Assembly: GCA_964187785.1 (NCBI GenBank)
Contig: OZ076409.1
Location: 23,810,001 to 23,874,000, forward strand
Length of the DNA: 64,000 nt
Direction of reading: 5' to 3'
DNA from: Amphiscolops sp. MND2022
Lineage: Eukaryota
Part shown: positions 1-8,236 of the stretch, piece after piece
How positions within the stretch are numbered: the stretch's first letter is position 1
How the letters are laid out: each line of letters begins with the position of its first letter
The notes under the pieces: generated by a model
What the model was told of the DNA's origin: nothing
Databases searched by the model: none
What the model saw: the letters and a program-made list of their open reading frames with translations, nothing else
Program-made: the position numbers and the translations under genes

Positions 1-161
1 CTTGCTGCAATTGATGGTGGTCTTGATTATCCTCAAATATCTCTTTTCAGCATTCATGCAAATGCGACAGTATTAATTCTTATTGGTTACCGCCAAATTG
101 TATCAGACCATTGAAGAATCAATCATTCTGCCATATAACTTCTCGCTGATCACTCGCTCAA

Positions 162-761
162 ATGTTAAACTCTGATTTCTTAGTTATAGACTTTGAAGGT
201 TTCCGTCACAAATCTCAACAATTTATACCCAAAGAGATTTCTGTTAGAGGCGCCAACTATCAAGACACTATTCTTTTGCAACCGCCGGTGAAATTTTCTC
301 TATTAGCAGAAGAAAATAAAAAGACTTACGCCTGGTTAACAGACAACCTACACGGCATTGTTTGGGAAGCTGGGAGTTACGATCACACATTCATTTTCAA
401 TTTCTTCAACGCGCTCAAACTTAGATTTCCAAACAGTACCGTTTTTACTAAAGGTACCGAGAAGTGCACTTTCTTGAGAAATTTCTTCTTCAGTGTTGTC
501 GACTTGGACACTCTTGGTTGCCCCAAAGCATCTCAGTTTAGCTATTGTTCAACAAAAGTTTGTCCGAATCATCAAAAGTCTTACAAACTGAATCACTGTG
601 CTCGAGAAAAAGTGACATTATTCTACAACTGGTTGTTCAATTACTTTCAAAATTCCTATCATGAATGCAGTCGATGCAACAGCCAAAGCGCACAACCTAC
701 AGCTAACCCTATCACCGAATTTGAGCCTCTCAGTTACAACAACCTTGGAGGTAACACGTGA
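162..761 (+). CDS. Polinton accessory protein, DEDD/DnaQ-like exonuclease fold
   Basis: N-terminal VIDFEGF..KE resembles ExoI (DxE); later VVDLD and a C..H...HCA segment; 199 aa intact ORF. Confidence 0.55.
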   Translation: MLNSDFLVIDFEGFRHKSQQFIPKEISVRGANYQDTILLQPPVKFSLLAEENKKTYAWLTDNLHGIVWEAGSYDHTFIFNFFNALKLRFPNSTVFTKGTEKCTFLRNFFFSVVDLDTLGCPKASQFSYCSTKVCPNHQKSYKLNHCAREKVTLFYNWLFNYFQNSYHECSRCNSQSAQPTANPITEFEPLSYNNLGGNT

Positions 762-1011
762 CGCTGAAGCCAAAATAAAATTAGTCAAAGATGAATTCAA
801 GCAGGTTGGCAGTCACAAACTTTTGAGAAAGGGTGTTATACAGTTGACTGCATCCGAGTATTCGCAATTGAAGACTAGTTTCGAAACCATCGACAGTTTC
901 ATTACTTTTGTAAACCAAAATGCCAAGCAAACGACTACAGAATCTGATGGAGGCCCACAATATCAAACCGCTCAAGATGCCACCAAAGTATTCTCGTCCC
1001 ATCAAACTTGA
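661..1011 (+). CDS. Polinton small protein, PC4/Sub1-like ssDNA-binding domain (tentative)
   Basis: RKGVIQLTASEYSQLKTSFETIDSF resembles the PC4 C-terminal segment [22 protein letters not shown]. Confidence 0.45.
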   Translation: MNAVDATAKAHNLQLTLSPNLSLSVTTTLEVTRDAEAKIKLVKDEFKQVGSHKLLRKGVIQLTASEYSQLKTSFETIDSFITFVNQNAKQTTTESDGGPQYQTAQDATKVFSSHQT

Positions 1012-1186
1012 CGGCATCGAGGATCCAAAATTACCAAGACAAATTGCAGGGGAATTGACCAAGCGCAACGATGTGTTGGAGGTTGTCTACTTTCCACCAG
1101 CACAAACAAAAGTCAAGGGCGAGTACCGAATAAAACTCAAGTCTAGTGATGAATTTAACATTTTCATATTTTATACTGCTACATAA
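920..1186 (+). CDS. Polinton hypothetical protein (88 aa)
   Basis: ATG-initiated ORF in the tightly packed Polinton gene row; no motif recognised. Confidence 0.45.
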   Translation: MPSKRLQNLMEAHNIKPLKMPPKYSRPIKLDGIEDPKLPRQIAGELTKRNDVLEVVYFPPAQTKVKGEYRIKLKSSDEFNIFIFYTAT

Positions 1187-1237
1187 TAGTCGTGTTTGTT
1201 ATCAATTCATTTTTCACAATCAAAAACATTTTCAAGT

Positions 1238-1510
1238 ATGACTGAGGTAGTTATCGCTGAAGATGATGGTATTGGTAGTATGGAATCAAACGAAGAAAAC
1301 AGCGTAAGGTCATTGTGGAAGTTTTGCAATTCAATCACTTTACCAAGATCAGAGGTTGTCTTTTTTACTCAAGCAACACTAATTTTCATTCTTGTAATTG
1401 CTAGTTTGTTGAAACTTACTCTAGACAGACCGCCATGCGAAGAAATGTCAGTGTGGTTTTCACTATTATTTGGAGCAGTTGGTTACATTCTACCAAATCC
1501 TAAACTATGA
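1238..1510 (+). CDS. Polinton small two-TM membrane protein
   Basis: Two hydrophobic segments ending WFSLLFGAVGYILPNPKL, resembling the small ORF often found upstream of Polinton ATPases; ATG at 1238; stop overlaps ATPase start (ATGA). Confidence 0.7.
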   Translation: MTEVVIAEDDGIGSMESNEENSVRSLWKFCNSITLPRSEVVFFTQATLIFILVIASLLKLTLDRPPCEEMSVWFSLLFGAVGYILPNPKL

Positions 1511-2232
1511 ACAAAATCATTTTCACCAATGATCGTTTATTCATGGCTCTGGTTGGTCCTGGGGGCTCGGGTAAAACTCGTCTCATTTATTCGATGCTTG
1601 CCTCGCCTACAACATTTTATCCACCCATCGAAAAAACTTTTTACTTTTACAAGGAATATCAACCGCTTTTCCAAGAAATGTCTGAAAGATTAAACATTGA
1701 GTTTATTCCATGTTTGGACTTTGAAATGATCAAAAACTTGGAAAACTGTTTGTTAGTTTTCGACGATTCTTGTGAGGAGATTTACCAAGAACAAGCGTTT
1801 GTCAAACTTGCAGTTGCCGGTAGACACAGGAAACTCCATTGCATTTTCGTCAAACACAACTTATTCCATCAAAGCAAGTGGTCGCGTACAATTGATTTAA
1901 ACACAACACATGTTATTTTATTCAAATCACCACGAGACTTACAGCAAATTGATCATTTCGGAAGACAATTAAAACAATTAGATTTTATTCGAGAAGCTTA
2001 TCAGAGGGCCACGACAAGACCATTCGGACATTTACTTATTGATTTCGATCCAAAAACAAGTGACGTCTTACGTTTTTGCTCGAACATTGTCGCTCCTCAC
2101 CCGACTACCTTTTATATTCCATCATCCACTGCAAAGGAAACGCTTCTAACAAATGAGCGAGAAAAAATTGCATATACTGAAGCACTGGCAAGAAAACAAA
2201 AAGAGGAAAGGCATTTCTCGCGTTATACATGA
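1507..2232 (+). CDS. A32/FtsK-like genome packaging ATPase
   Basis: Walker A GPGGSGKT, Walker B LLVFDD, GRH arginine motif, PFGHLLID. Confidence 0.93.
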   Translation: MNKIIFTNDRLFMALVGPGGSGKTRLIYSMLASPTTFYPPIEKTFYFYKEYQPLFQEMSERLNIEFIPCLDFEMIKNLENCLLVFDDSCEEIYQEQAFVKLAVAGRHRKLHCIFVKHNLFHQSKWSRTIDLNTTHVILFKSPRDLQQIDHFGRQLKQLDFIREAYQRATTRPFGHLLIDFDPKTSDVLRFCSNIVAPHPTTFYIPSSTAKETLLTNEREKIAYTEALARKQKEERHFSRYT

Positions 2233-2461
2233 TTGCGACAGGGAACAAATCAAATTTCTCTGTGAGTGTGCGTTGAACATCATCAATGGAAACATACCAA
2301 TGAAGGTCAACAAATTGATGCCATTCGAGCAACAATTGAAAATTTTATGTCAACCGGAAACATCTGACCGCAGACGACGACAAATTTTGTCATCCATCAA
2401 AGGCTATAAACTATTCAAGCTGATCAGTCGTCCCTGCGTTTGCTATTTATCAGCAGAATGA
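2153..2461 (+). CDS. Conserved Polinton small basic protein
   Basis: LCECALNIINGNIP motif typical of the Polinton ORF downstream of the ATPase. Confidence 0.7.
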   Translation: MSEKKLHILKHWQENKKRKGISRVIHDCDREQIKFLCECALNIINGNIPMKVNKLMPFEQQLKILCQPETSDRRRRQILSSIKGYKLFKLISRPCVCYLSAE

Positions 2462-3096
2462 GTGCTCAAGAATTTATACTAATACCAAAAGAAAATTACA
2501 TCAAGAATCAACCAAAAGCGTCCGAAATTCTGGACGACCCAACAATTACAGCAAAAAGTCAACAACTTACGTTATTACAACGAGTTCCCGAAAAAAAGGA
2601 GCCCGAGAAGGAAAAAACGTCTGAGGAGAAGAAAGCCCCAGAGACACGAGAAGATATCCAGAAAAGGGTACTTCGCTCAATCACTATGCTCAATCCCAAT
2701 CAAACTGAAAAGTCCAAATCCATTTTGAAAGAATTGCAAAGTAGTTCTGACGTTTCGATAAACGACGAAGGTCTTATAGAGATTAACAATACTCCCACAG
2801 CCATTGATGCGTCAAACTTCCTTTTCACGTTGCAGCAACCCACCAAGAGACTTTATCACCCAGATTACAAACGAATTTTAGACAAAATTAAAATTTCACC
2901 AGATCTAGTACCAAATTCGGAAGCTAAAGAGATTGTAAAACCAAAAGTTGTCAAGACCAAGTTTGTCACAACACCAAAGACAAAAAGCAGCGGAAAGACA
3001 CCAAAGAGACCCCGCAAGAAAGATGACCAGCAATCTGGCCCAAGTTTTGAAAGTCAAGAAGATGGCTCGAAGGATTGGGAAACTTTCAACTACTGA
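2458..3096 (+). CDS. Polinton hypothetical protein (Lys-rich C-terminus ending W..F)
   Basis: ATG at 2458 overlaps the previous stop; occupies the usual position between ATPase and integrase. Confidence 0.65.
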   Translation: MSAQEFILIPKENYIKNQPKASEILDDPTITAKSQQLTLLQRVPEKKEPEKEKTSEEKKAPETREDIQKRVLRSITMLNPNQTEKSKSILKELQSSSDVSINDEGLIEINNTPTAIDASNFLFTLQQPTKRLYHPDYKRILDKIKISPDLVPNSEAKEIVKPKVVKTKFVTTPKTKSSGKTPKRPRKKDDQQSGPSFESQEDGSKDWETFNY

Positions 3097-4006
3097 ACAA
3101 GCAAAGTTAGAAAAAATGTACACGAGTGGACCTGCTGCTTACGGGAGCGCGAGAAATTTGCAAGCGACCAGCAAAATGCCAAAAGCAAAAATTGACACTT
3201 TTTTGCAACAAAAAGATGCCCATACAAAATACAGACAAATTCAACGTAAATTCCCTCGCCTTAAAGTTATTGCTTACGAAATTAACGAAATTTGGTCAAT
3301 AGATGTTGCCTATGTGGACAAGTTGGCAAAATACAACAATGGAGTCAAGTATTTGCTGGTTGCAGTGGACGTGTTATCAAGATTTTTACGTGTTGTACCA
3401 ATGCGATCAAAAAGTGCTCCTGACGCTGCTAAAGCATTCGAAAAGATGATTGAGAAAGTGCAACCGCAGAAAGTTTGGTCAGACAAGGGAACCGAATTCA
3501 AAGGAGCATTCAAAAATCTTTGCGATAAGAGAGGAATAGCAACATACACAACTGCCAGCGAAACAAAGTCAGCTTTTGCAGAGAGAAACATTCGTTCACT
3601 CAAAAATATCATGTACAAACACATGGAAAACAAATGGACATATCATTACATCAGCAAGCTATCTCAATTTGTCAGCACAATCAACTCACGCGTCAATCGT
3701 GTAACAATGTTGGCCCCAAACAAAGTTACAAAGAAGCACGAGCCACATTTACGATCTCTAGCTGCAGAGCAGTCGAGCAAATTTGTCAAAAAACCAAAGT
3801 TTAATCTCCGTGATAAAGTTCGGATAGCCAAACAAGATTTACCCTTCAAAAAGGGATATAAACAAAGTTTCACGGACGAAATATTTACAATAATCAAAAT
3901 TTCAACTTTCAACCCTCCAACATACAACTTGCGAGACGAGAGTGGTGATACAATCAACGGAAAATTTTACGAACCCGAACTTGTGAAGGTCAATGGACGA
4001 ATTTGA
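3062..4006 (+). CDS. Retroviral-like (RVE) integrase of the Polinton
   Basis: Catalytic D (WSIDVAY), D (WSDKGTEF), E (AERNIRSLK); FKKGYKQSFTDEIF and KFYEPEL C-terminal motifs; first ATG at 3062. Confidence 0.95.
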   Translation: MARRIGKLSTTEQAKLEKMYTSGPAAYGSARNLQATSKMPKAKIDTFLQQKDAHTKYRQIQRKFPRLKVIAYEINEIWSIDVAYVDKLAKYNNGVKYLLVAVDVLSRFLRVVPMRSKSAPDAAKAFEKMIEKVQPQKVWSDKGTEFKGAFKNLCDKRGIATYTTASETKSAFAERNIRSLKNIMYKHMENKWTYHYISKLSQFVSTINSRVNRVTMLAPNKVTKKHEPHLRSLAAEQSSKFVKKPKFNLRDKVRIAKQDLPFKKGYKQSFTDEIFTIIKISTFNPPTYNLRDESGDTINGKFYEPELVKVNGRI

Positions 4007-4847
4007 CATTTACCTGGAATCAGCAGGTTCCATGAATATATACAGTGGCAACACAATGGCAGCGTTTCGTAACCTCTTGGCGCACCCAATTCACTTGGAA
4101 GGCGACTGGCGGGTAGCGCTCGCCGAAATCATTTTCCCTACCAGCATCAAAAACATAACTACAACTGACTTTTTCATTTACACACCCAAAACGCCATATG
4201 ACAACACTCCTGTCCCGAGCGCCGCAACAGGTGTAGTTATCAAACGAGAGGATTGGTCAGATAATGCTAAATTTGAAGCTGGAGAGTATCAGACAATCAG
4301 CAGCATTCTGGAGCAACTAGACAAGGCAACTGAAACCAAAAAGCCATTAAACTCTGCAGATTATGTGGAGGATAGCATTGAAATTAGCTTTAAAAGCCGA
4401 TATGGAATAAGTGTCAGAGATCGCAGCCTCTTTGATGTTTTGGGTATCCAGGGGGTGCCAGATACAAATCGAGGAGGCTATTACATAGGAACGAACTACA
4501 AAGTCGCAAATATGCAACAACCAATCAAAAACACTTATCCGCCAGATCTCACAGTGGGAACCAACATGTTTTTCGTCAATACCAACATCATTGAACATCA
4601 ACATGTTGCTGGAGTAAAGTCGCCTCTTTTGCGAATTATTGAAAACACTAAACAAGTTCAAAACGGGAAACTTTTCAACACTTCAACAACAGCCCACAAA
4701 GTTTTCACTGAGCTACAGTTCAAGAAGCTCATTACTAGTACAATTGAAGAAATTCAAATTGAGTTGATGTCCATTACTGGACAGAAAGTTCCTTTCGTTG
4801 GTACCGGTCTAGTAGCTCTCACACTCAAGTTTCGGAAATTTCAATAA
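3993..4847 (+). CDS. Minor capsid protein (penton)
   Basis: N-terminal F.IYLES..SM..Y..NT...FRN.L..PI.LEGDWRVAL.EI.FP and C-terminal IEEIQIEL....GQKVPF...LTLKFR pattern of Polinton pentons. Confidence 0.85.
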   Translation: MDEFDIYLESAGSMNIYSGNTMAAFRNLLAHPIHLEGDWRVALAEIIFPTSIKNITTTDFFIYTPKTPYDNTPVPSAATGVVIKREDWSDNAKFEAGEYQTISSILEQLDKATETKKPLNSADYVEDSIEISFKSRYGISVRDRSLFDVLGIQGVPDTNRGGYYIGTNYKVANMQQPIKNTYPPDLTVGTNMFFVNTNIIEHQHVAGVKSPLLRIIENTKQVQNGKLFNTSTTAHKVFTELQFKKLITSTIEEIQIELMSITGQKVPFVGTGLVALTLKFRKFQ

Positions 4848-5219
4848 ATGGAACAATACTACGCCCAACAAGCACAACTACCCCATTTCTCAGGACCTGC
4901 AAGACAACGTGGAAGTGGTTTCGGGTCATTAGCAGCTGGTGTTGGACGAGTAGCTTTACCATTTGCCAAAAAGTTTTTGCTTCCCGCTGTCAAGTCAATT
5001 GGCAAAGAATTCTTATCACAAAGCATACCCGAGTTGCTCGACGTGGCATCAAAAAAGAAGACACCAAAACAAGCAGTTCGATCAGCAGTCCGTAAAACTG
5101 TAAAGAAACAATTGGGTGGATCCAAAAGAAGGAGAAGAGGCAAACGATTCATTCGACGTAAAAAGTTCACACGAAGAAGTCGGTCAGATTTTTTCTCTAG
5201 AGTCAAGAATGTTGATTAA
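4848..5219 (+). CDS. Basic core (pVII-like) protein
   Basis: YY..QA...F.G...QRGSGFG motif (putative adenain cleavage site) and very Arg/Lys-rich C-terminus. Confidence 0.8.
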   Translation: MEQYYAQQAQLPHFSGPARQRGSGFGSLAAGVGRVALPFAKKFLLPAVKSIGKEFLSQSIPELLDVASKKKTPKQAVRSAVRKTVKKQLGGSKRRRRGKRFIRRKKFTRRSRSDFFSRVKNVD

Positions 5220-6537
5220 CAGTAACGCTTTACCAATCGAAACCTCGCACACTTCACTCGATATTTTCGAAAGGCCTCAGCTTCTAGTCAACTTTGACGG
5301 GTCATTTGAGCAGAAAATTGGCCCGCTGTATGCTCCAAATGGACCAACGTTGGAGTTTGAAGTCAAAGGAGACCGGACCAACTTTATCGATTTACAAAAC
5401 ATTTATTTGGAAGTCAAGTGTAAAATTGTAAAAGCAGACAACACCAATTTAAATTATGTGACTGGAGACGCAACTCAACAAGACACGCCAGTTTTCGTCA
5501 ACAATACTCTCCATTCATTATTCTCGGATTGCACTGTAACGGCCCAAGGAGTAAAGGTCTCTTCTGCAAATGGACTTTATGCCCACAAGGCCTTTATTGA
5601 AACTGAATTTTCTCACAACAAGGAAGCAAAAAACACTTGGTTGGAATGCCAGGGTTATAACTACGAATCCAACCCTAGTACGCACACCTTGGGAGCTTTC
5701 ACAAAGAGAGAAGCTGAAACTAGATCTTCAGCCACTGTAACTTTTATTGGGAGGGTTGCCTCTGATTTTTTCTCGTGCGAAAAACATCTCGTGAGTGGAG
5801 TTGAGCTGAGAATATCCTTCCTTCGAACGAGGCCCGAATTTTGCTTGATTTACGACGACGCAGGTAAAGACTACAAAGTTAACATAACTCAAGCCAATTT
5901 GTACGTTCGCAAAATGACTCTTACCGAGAATGCCTATTCAGCAATTGAAACAACTTTGGCGAAAGCCACTGCTCGATATCGGTACACTGAGATCATTCCA
6001 AGGACTTTTCTCATCGGACAAAACTCACAAAGTTGGGATCAAGAAAATGTCTTTAGCGGTCAACCGATTCGAAGATTTATACTTGCCATGTCAACCAATG
6101 CTGGTTTTGTGGGGGCCAAAACAACGAACCCATTCCACTATCAAAAATTTGGTTTGCGGAGCATAACAGTCTATCGTAATGGTCATCCAATTGCTGGAAC
6201 ACCCTTAGAGACTGACACCGATAAAAAGATGTACCTGAATTCAATGGGAGCTCTAGCGTTTCATGAGCATGGTCATGGAATTTCATTCGAAGAATATGCA
6301 AATCATTATCTGTTAGTTTTCGATCTAACCAGTACGCAGCAAGCATCGCATGATTATTTACATCCTGAACTTACAAGTGCATCAATCTCAATCAGTTTGC
6401 GGTTCGATACGGCCTTGGCACAAATTACAGAAGTACTTTTATTGGGAGAAACCGCTTCAACAATATACATTAATAACAGCAGAAAAGTCTCAAAGAACTA
6501 CTACATTGCTCCCGATACCGCATTAACGAGAAAATGA
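5209..6537 (+). CDS. Major capsid protein (double jelly-roll)
   Basis: LDIFERP, LEFEV.G, FIDLQNIYLEVKCKI, NNTLHSLFS, NPFHYQKF, LVFDLT motifs of Polinton MCP; ATG at 5209. Confidence 0.92.
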   Translation: MLINSNALPIETSHTSLDIFERPQLLVNFDGSFEQKIGPLYAPNGPTLEFEVKGDRTNFIDLQNIYLEVKCKIVKADNTNLNYVTGDATQQDTPVFVNNTLHSLFSDCTVTAQGVKVSSANGLYAHKAFIETEFSHNKEAKNTWLECQGYNYESNPSTHTLGAFTKREAETRSSATVTFIGRVASDFFSCEKHLVSGVELRISFLRTRPEFCLIYDDAGKDYKVNITQANLYVRKMTLTENAYSAIETTLAKATARYRYTEIIPRTFLIGQNSQSWDQENVFSGQPIRRFILAMSTNAGFVGAKTTNPFHYQKFGLRSITVYRNGHPIAGTPLETDTDKKMYLNSMGALAFHEHGHGISFEEYANHYLLVFDLTSTQQASHDYLHPELTSASISISLRFDTALAQITEVLLLGETASTIYINNSRKVSKNYYIAPDTALTRK

Positions 6538-6962
6538 TTGACGAACTACAGTTGGGCACTCTCATCAACAAGTGCAAACACTTGAAGTACAAATTTGCTG
6601 GTGTTTATGCAGCAGATAACTTTCCCCTCAATTTAAAGAATGACAACTTTATCATTGTCAATTCAGACAATGCTACTCAAATGGGAACTCATTGGCTTTT
6701 GCTTTGCAACAGAAACAACAAGTATTTATTCGCTGACCCACTTGGCCTTCCACTCAACAATTATTCTCATGTACGTGATCGACTATCTTTTGCAGATTTG
6801 GGAGTGACAGAGATTATACAAGCTCCTCTGCAAAACTTTAACTCAAACTTGTGCGGACTTTATTGCATTTATATAGCTCATTATGTATTTGGCGCTAATT
6901 TTCCTATAATACCTTATACTAGTGAACAAGAACTTTTACGGTTCATAAAACATTTCTTTTGA
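6534..6962 (+). CDS. Adenain-like cysteine maturation protease
   Basis: GTHW (His), FADPLG (Asp), Q....NLCGLYC (Gln, Cys) catalytic set. Confidence 0.92.
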   Translation: MIDELQLGTLINKCKHLKYKFAGVYAADNFPLNLKNDNFIIVNSDNATQMGTHWLLLCNRNNKYLFADPLGLPLNNYSHVRDRLSFADLGVTEIIQAPLQNFNSNLCGLYCIYIAHYVFGANFPIIPYTSEQELLRFIKHFF

Positions 6963-7111
6963 AGCTATGTTGTCTAATTAATTCTTTCAATCTAACTATT
7001 TTTTTCAAAAAAGAAACAAAACAAGACTCAATTTATTAGGCCAGGGAAATGAATAAAGTAACTGAAATAAAAAAAAACAAAAAACAAACAAAACAAAAAC
7101 AAGAAACAGAA

Positions 7112-7495
7112 TCAAATTAGTCGCCAGTCTAAAAAGTATAATGGCTCTCCATCCATAGCGCCAGTCTTCCAGTAGTCATTCTCCTCCTCCTCCAAAGTCG
7201 TCGGTGACGTATAACTACGGCCGTCCGGCTCAATTGTCATGTCAAAGAAGGAGAAACTAACTCGAAGACCTGACCGCTTGCTACTGGGACTTCTTAGCGA
7301 TGAGAAGATGGGGAAAGTGTTGATATTGGGCACGGAGTTGTGTTTGATCCGCCAGGTCCTCGGAGCTGCGTCCTTGATGTATTCCACCGTGTCGTTGAAG
7401 TGCACTTTCTTGTGATGAGGTGCACCGATATTTGATACGAGCTCATCATCCATTCTGAGGCAGGATCTGATTGGAAATGCTGAGGGATCAAACAT
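7112..7495 (-). CDS. Polinton accessory protein (127 aa) with PP1-docking-like motifs
   Basis: First ATG at 7495; converges with the capsid row on a T/A-rich gap (6963-7110); contains RSCLR and KKVHF...VEY. Confidence 0.5.
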   Translation of the reverse strand: MFDPSAFPIRSCLRMDDELVSNIGAPHHKKVHFNDTVEYIKDAAPRTWRIKHNSVPNINTFPIFSSLRSPSSKRSGLRVSFSFFDMTIEPDGRSYTSPTTLEEEENDYWKTGAMDGEPLYFLDWRLI

Positions 7496-7770
7496 TATTT
7501 CAAAATGTAGAGGCAAAGAGAAGAGTGAAGTTGAGTGAGAAAGGCAGCGAAGCAAAGAAGTTGAAGACGAAATTGAACGGTTGATTTTAAAATCAGGCAA
7601 GAAGCAAATGATTTTGGCCTGCGGCCAGACAAGTCCGGCGGCGGCGAGCAACAGCTTGCATTTTTACGATCGAGTGCTGAGAAAAAATTTAACAACAACT
7701 CACTTTCTAGGGGAACTTTTACTGCGTAGCGTATCTGGAGGGGTTGTGTTTCAACAGTTGCGCTTTGTTA

Positions 7771-7955
7771 TTTTGCCGGTTCAAACGAAATCAACCGCCG
7801 ATTGTCTGGGAGGGGGTGCGTCAGGTTGCATTTGTTTTGCCGGTTCAAACGAGATTAACCGCCGGTTGTCTGAAAGGGGGTGCGTCAGCTTACTTTTTTT
7901 AAACCGGTCGAAACAAGATTAAACGGCGATTGTCTAAGTGGGGTGCGTCAGCTTG
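7771..7955. repeat. Three ~64-bp imperfect direct repeats in the divergent promoter region
   Basis: CCGGTTCAAAC..A....AACCGCCG.TTGTCT...GGGGTGCGTCAG recurs at 64 and 63 bp spacing. Confidence 0.8.
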
Positions 7956-8236
7956 CGTCTGTCCTCGAACCCGAATAACCCCCGATAGCTCAAATTTAAA
8001 ACGAAATTTCTCAAAAATAAAATTAGAAATCTCCAACTTTGTTGCAAATCAGTTACCCTCACAAGCAAAAATTGTTGAGCAACCACTTCTCACATTCAAT
8101 ATTTGATTGAAAATAGTATTTCAGAGTGAATTTGTCCAGTCTTTTTGTAAAAAATTTTCATTTCTCATACAACAAGATAATGTTTCGGCAACAAATTCAT
8201 CTGATATAGTAGTTTCAATCAAATATTTTAGTCAAA

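Noticed and set aside
7581..7922. 113-aa plus-strand ORF
   Set aside because: Runs through the 64-bp repeats; no recognisable protein features.
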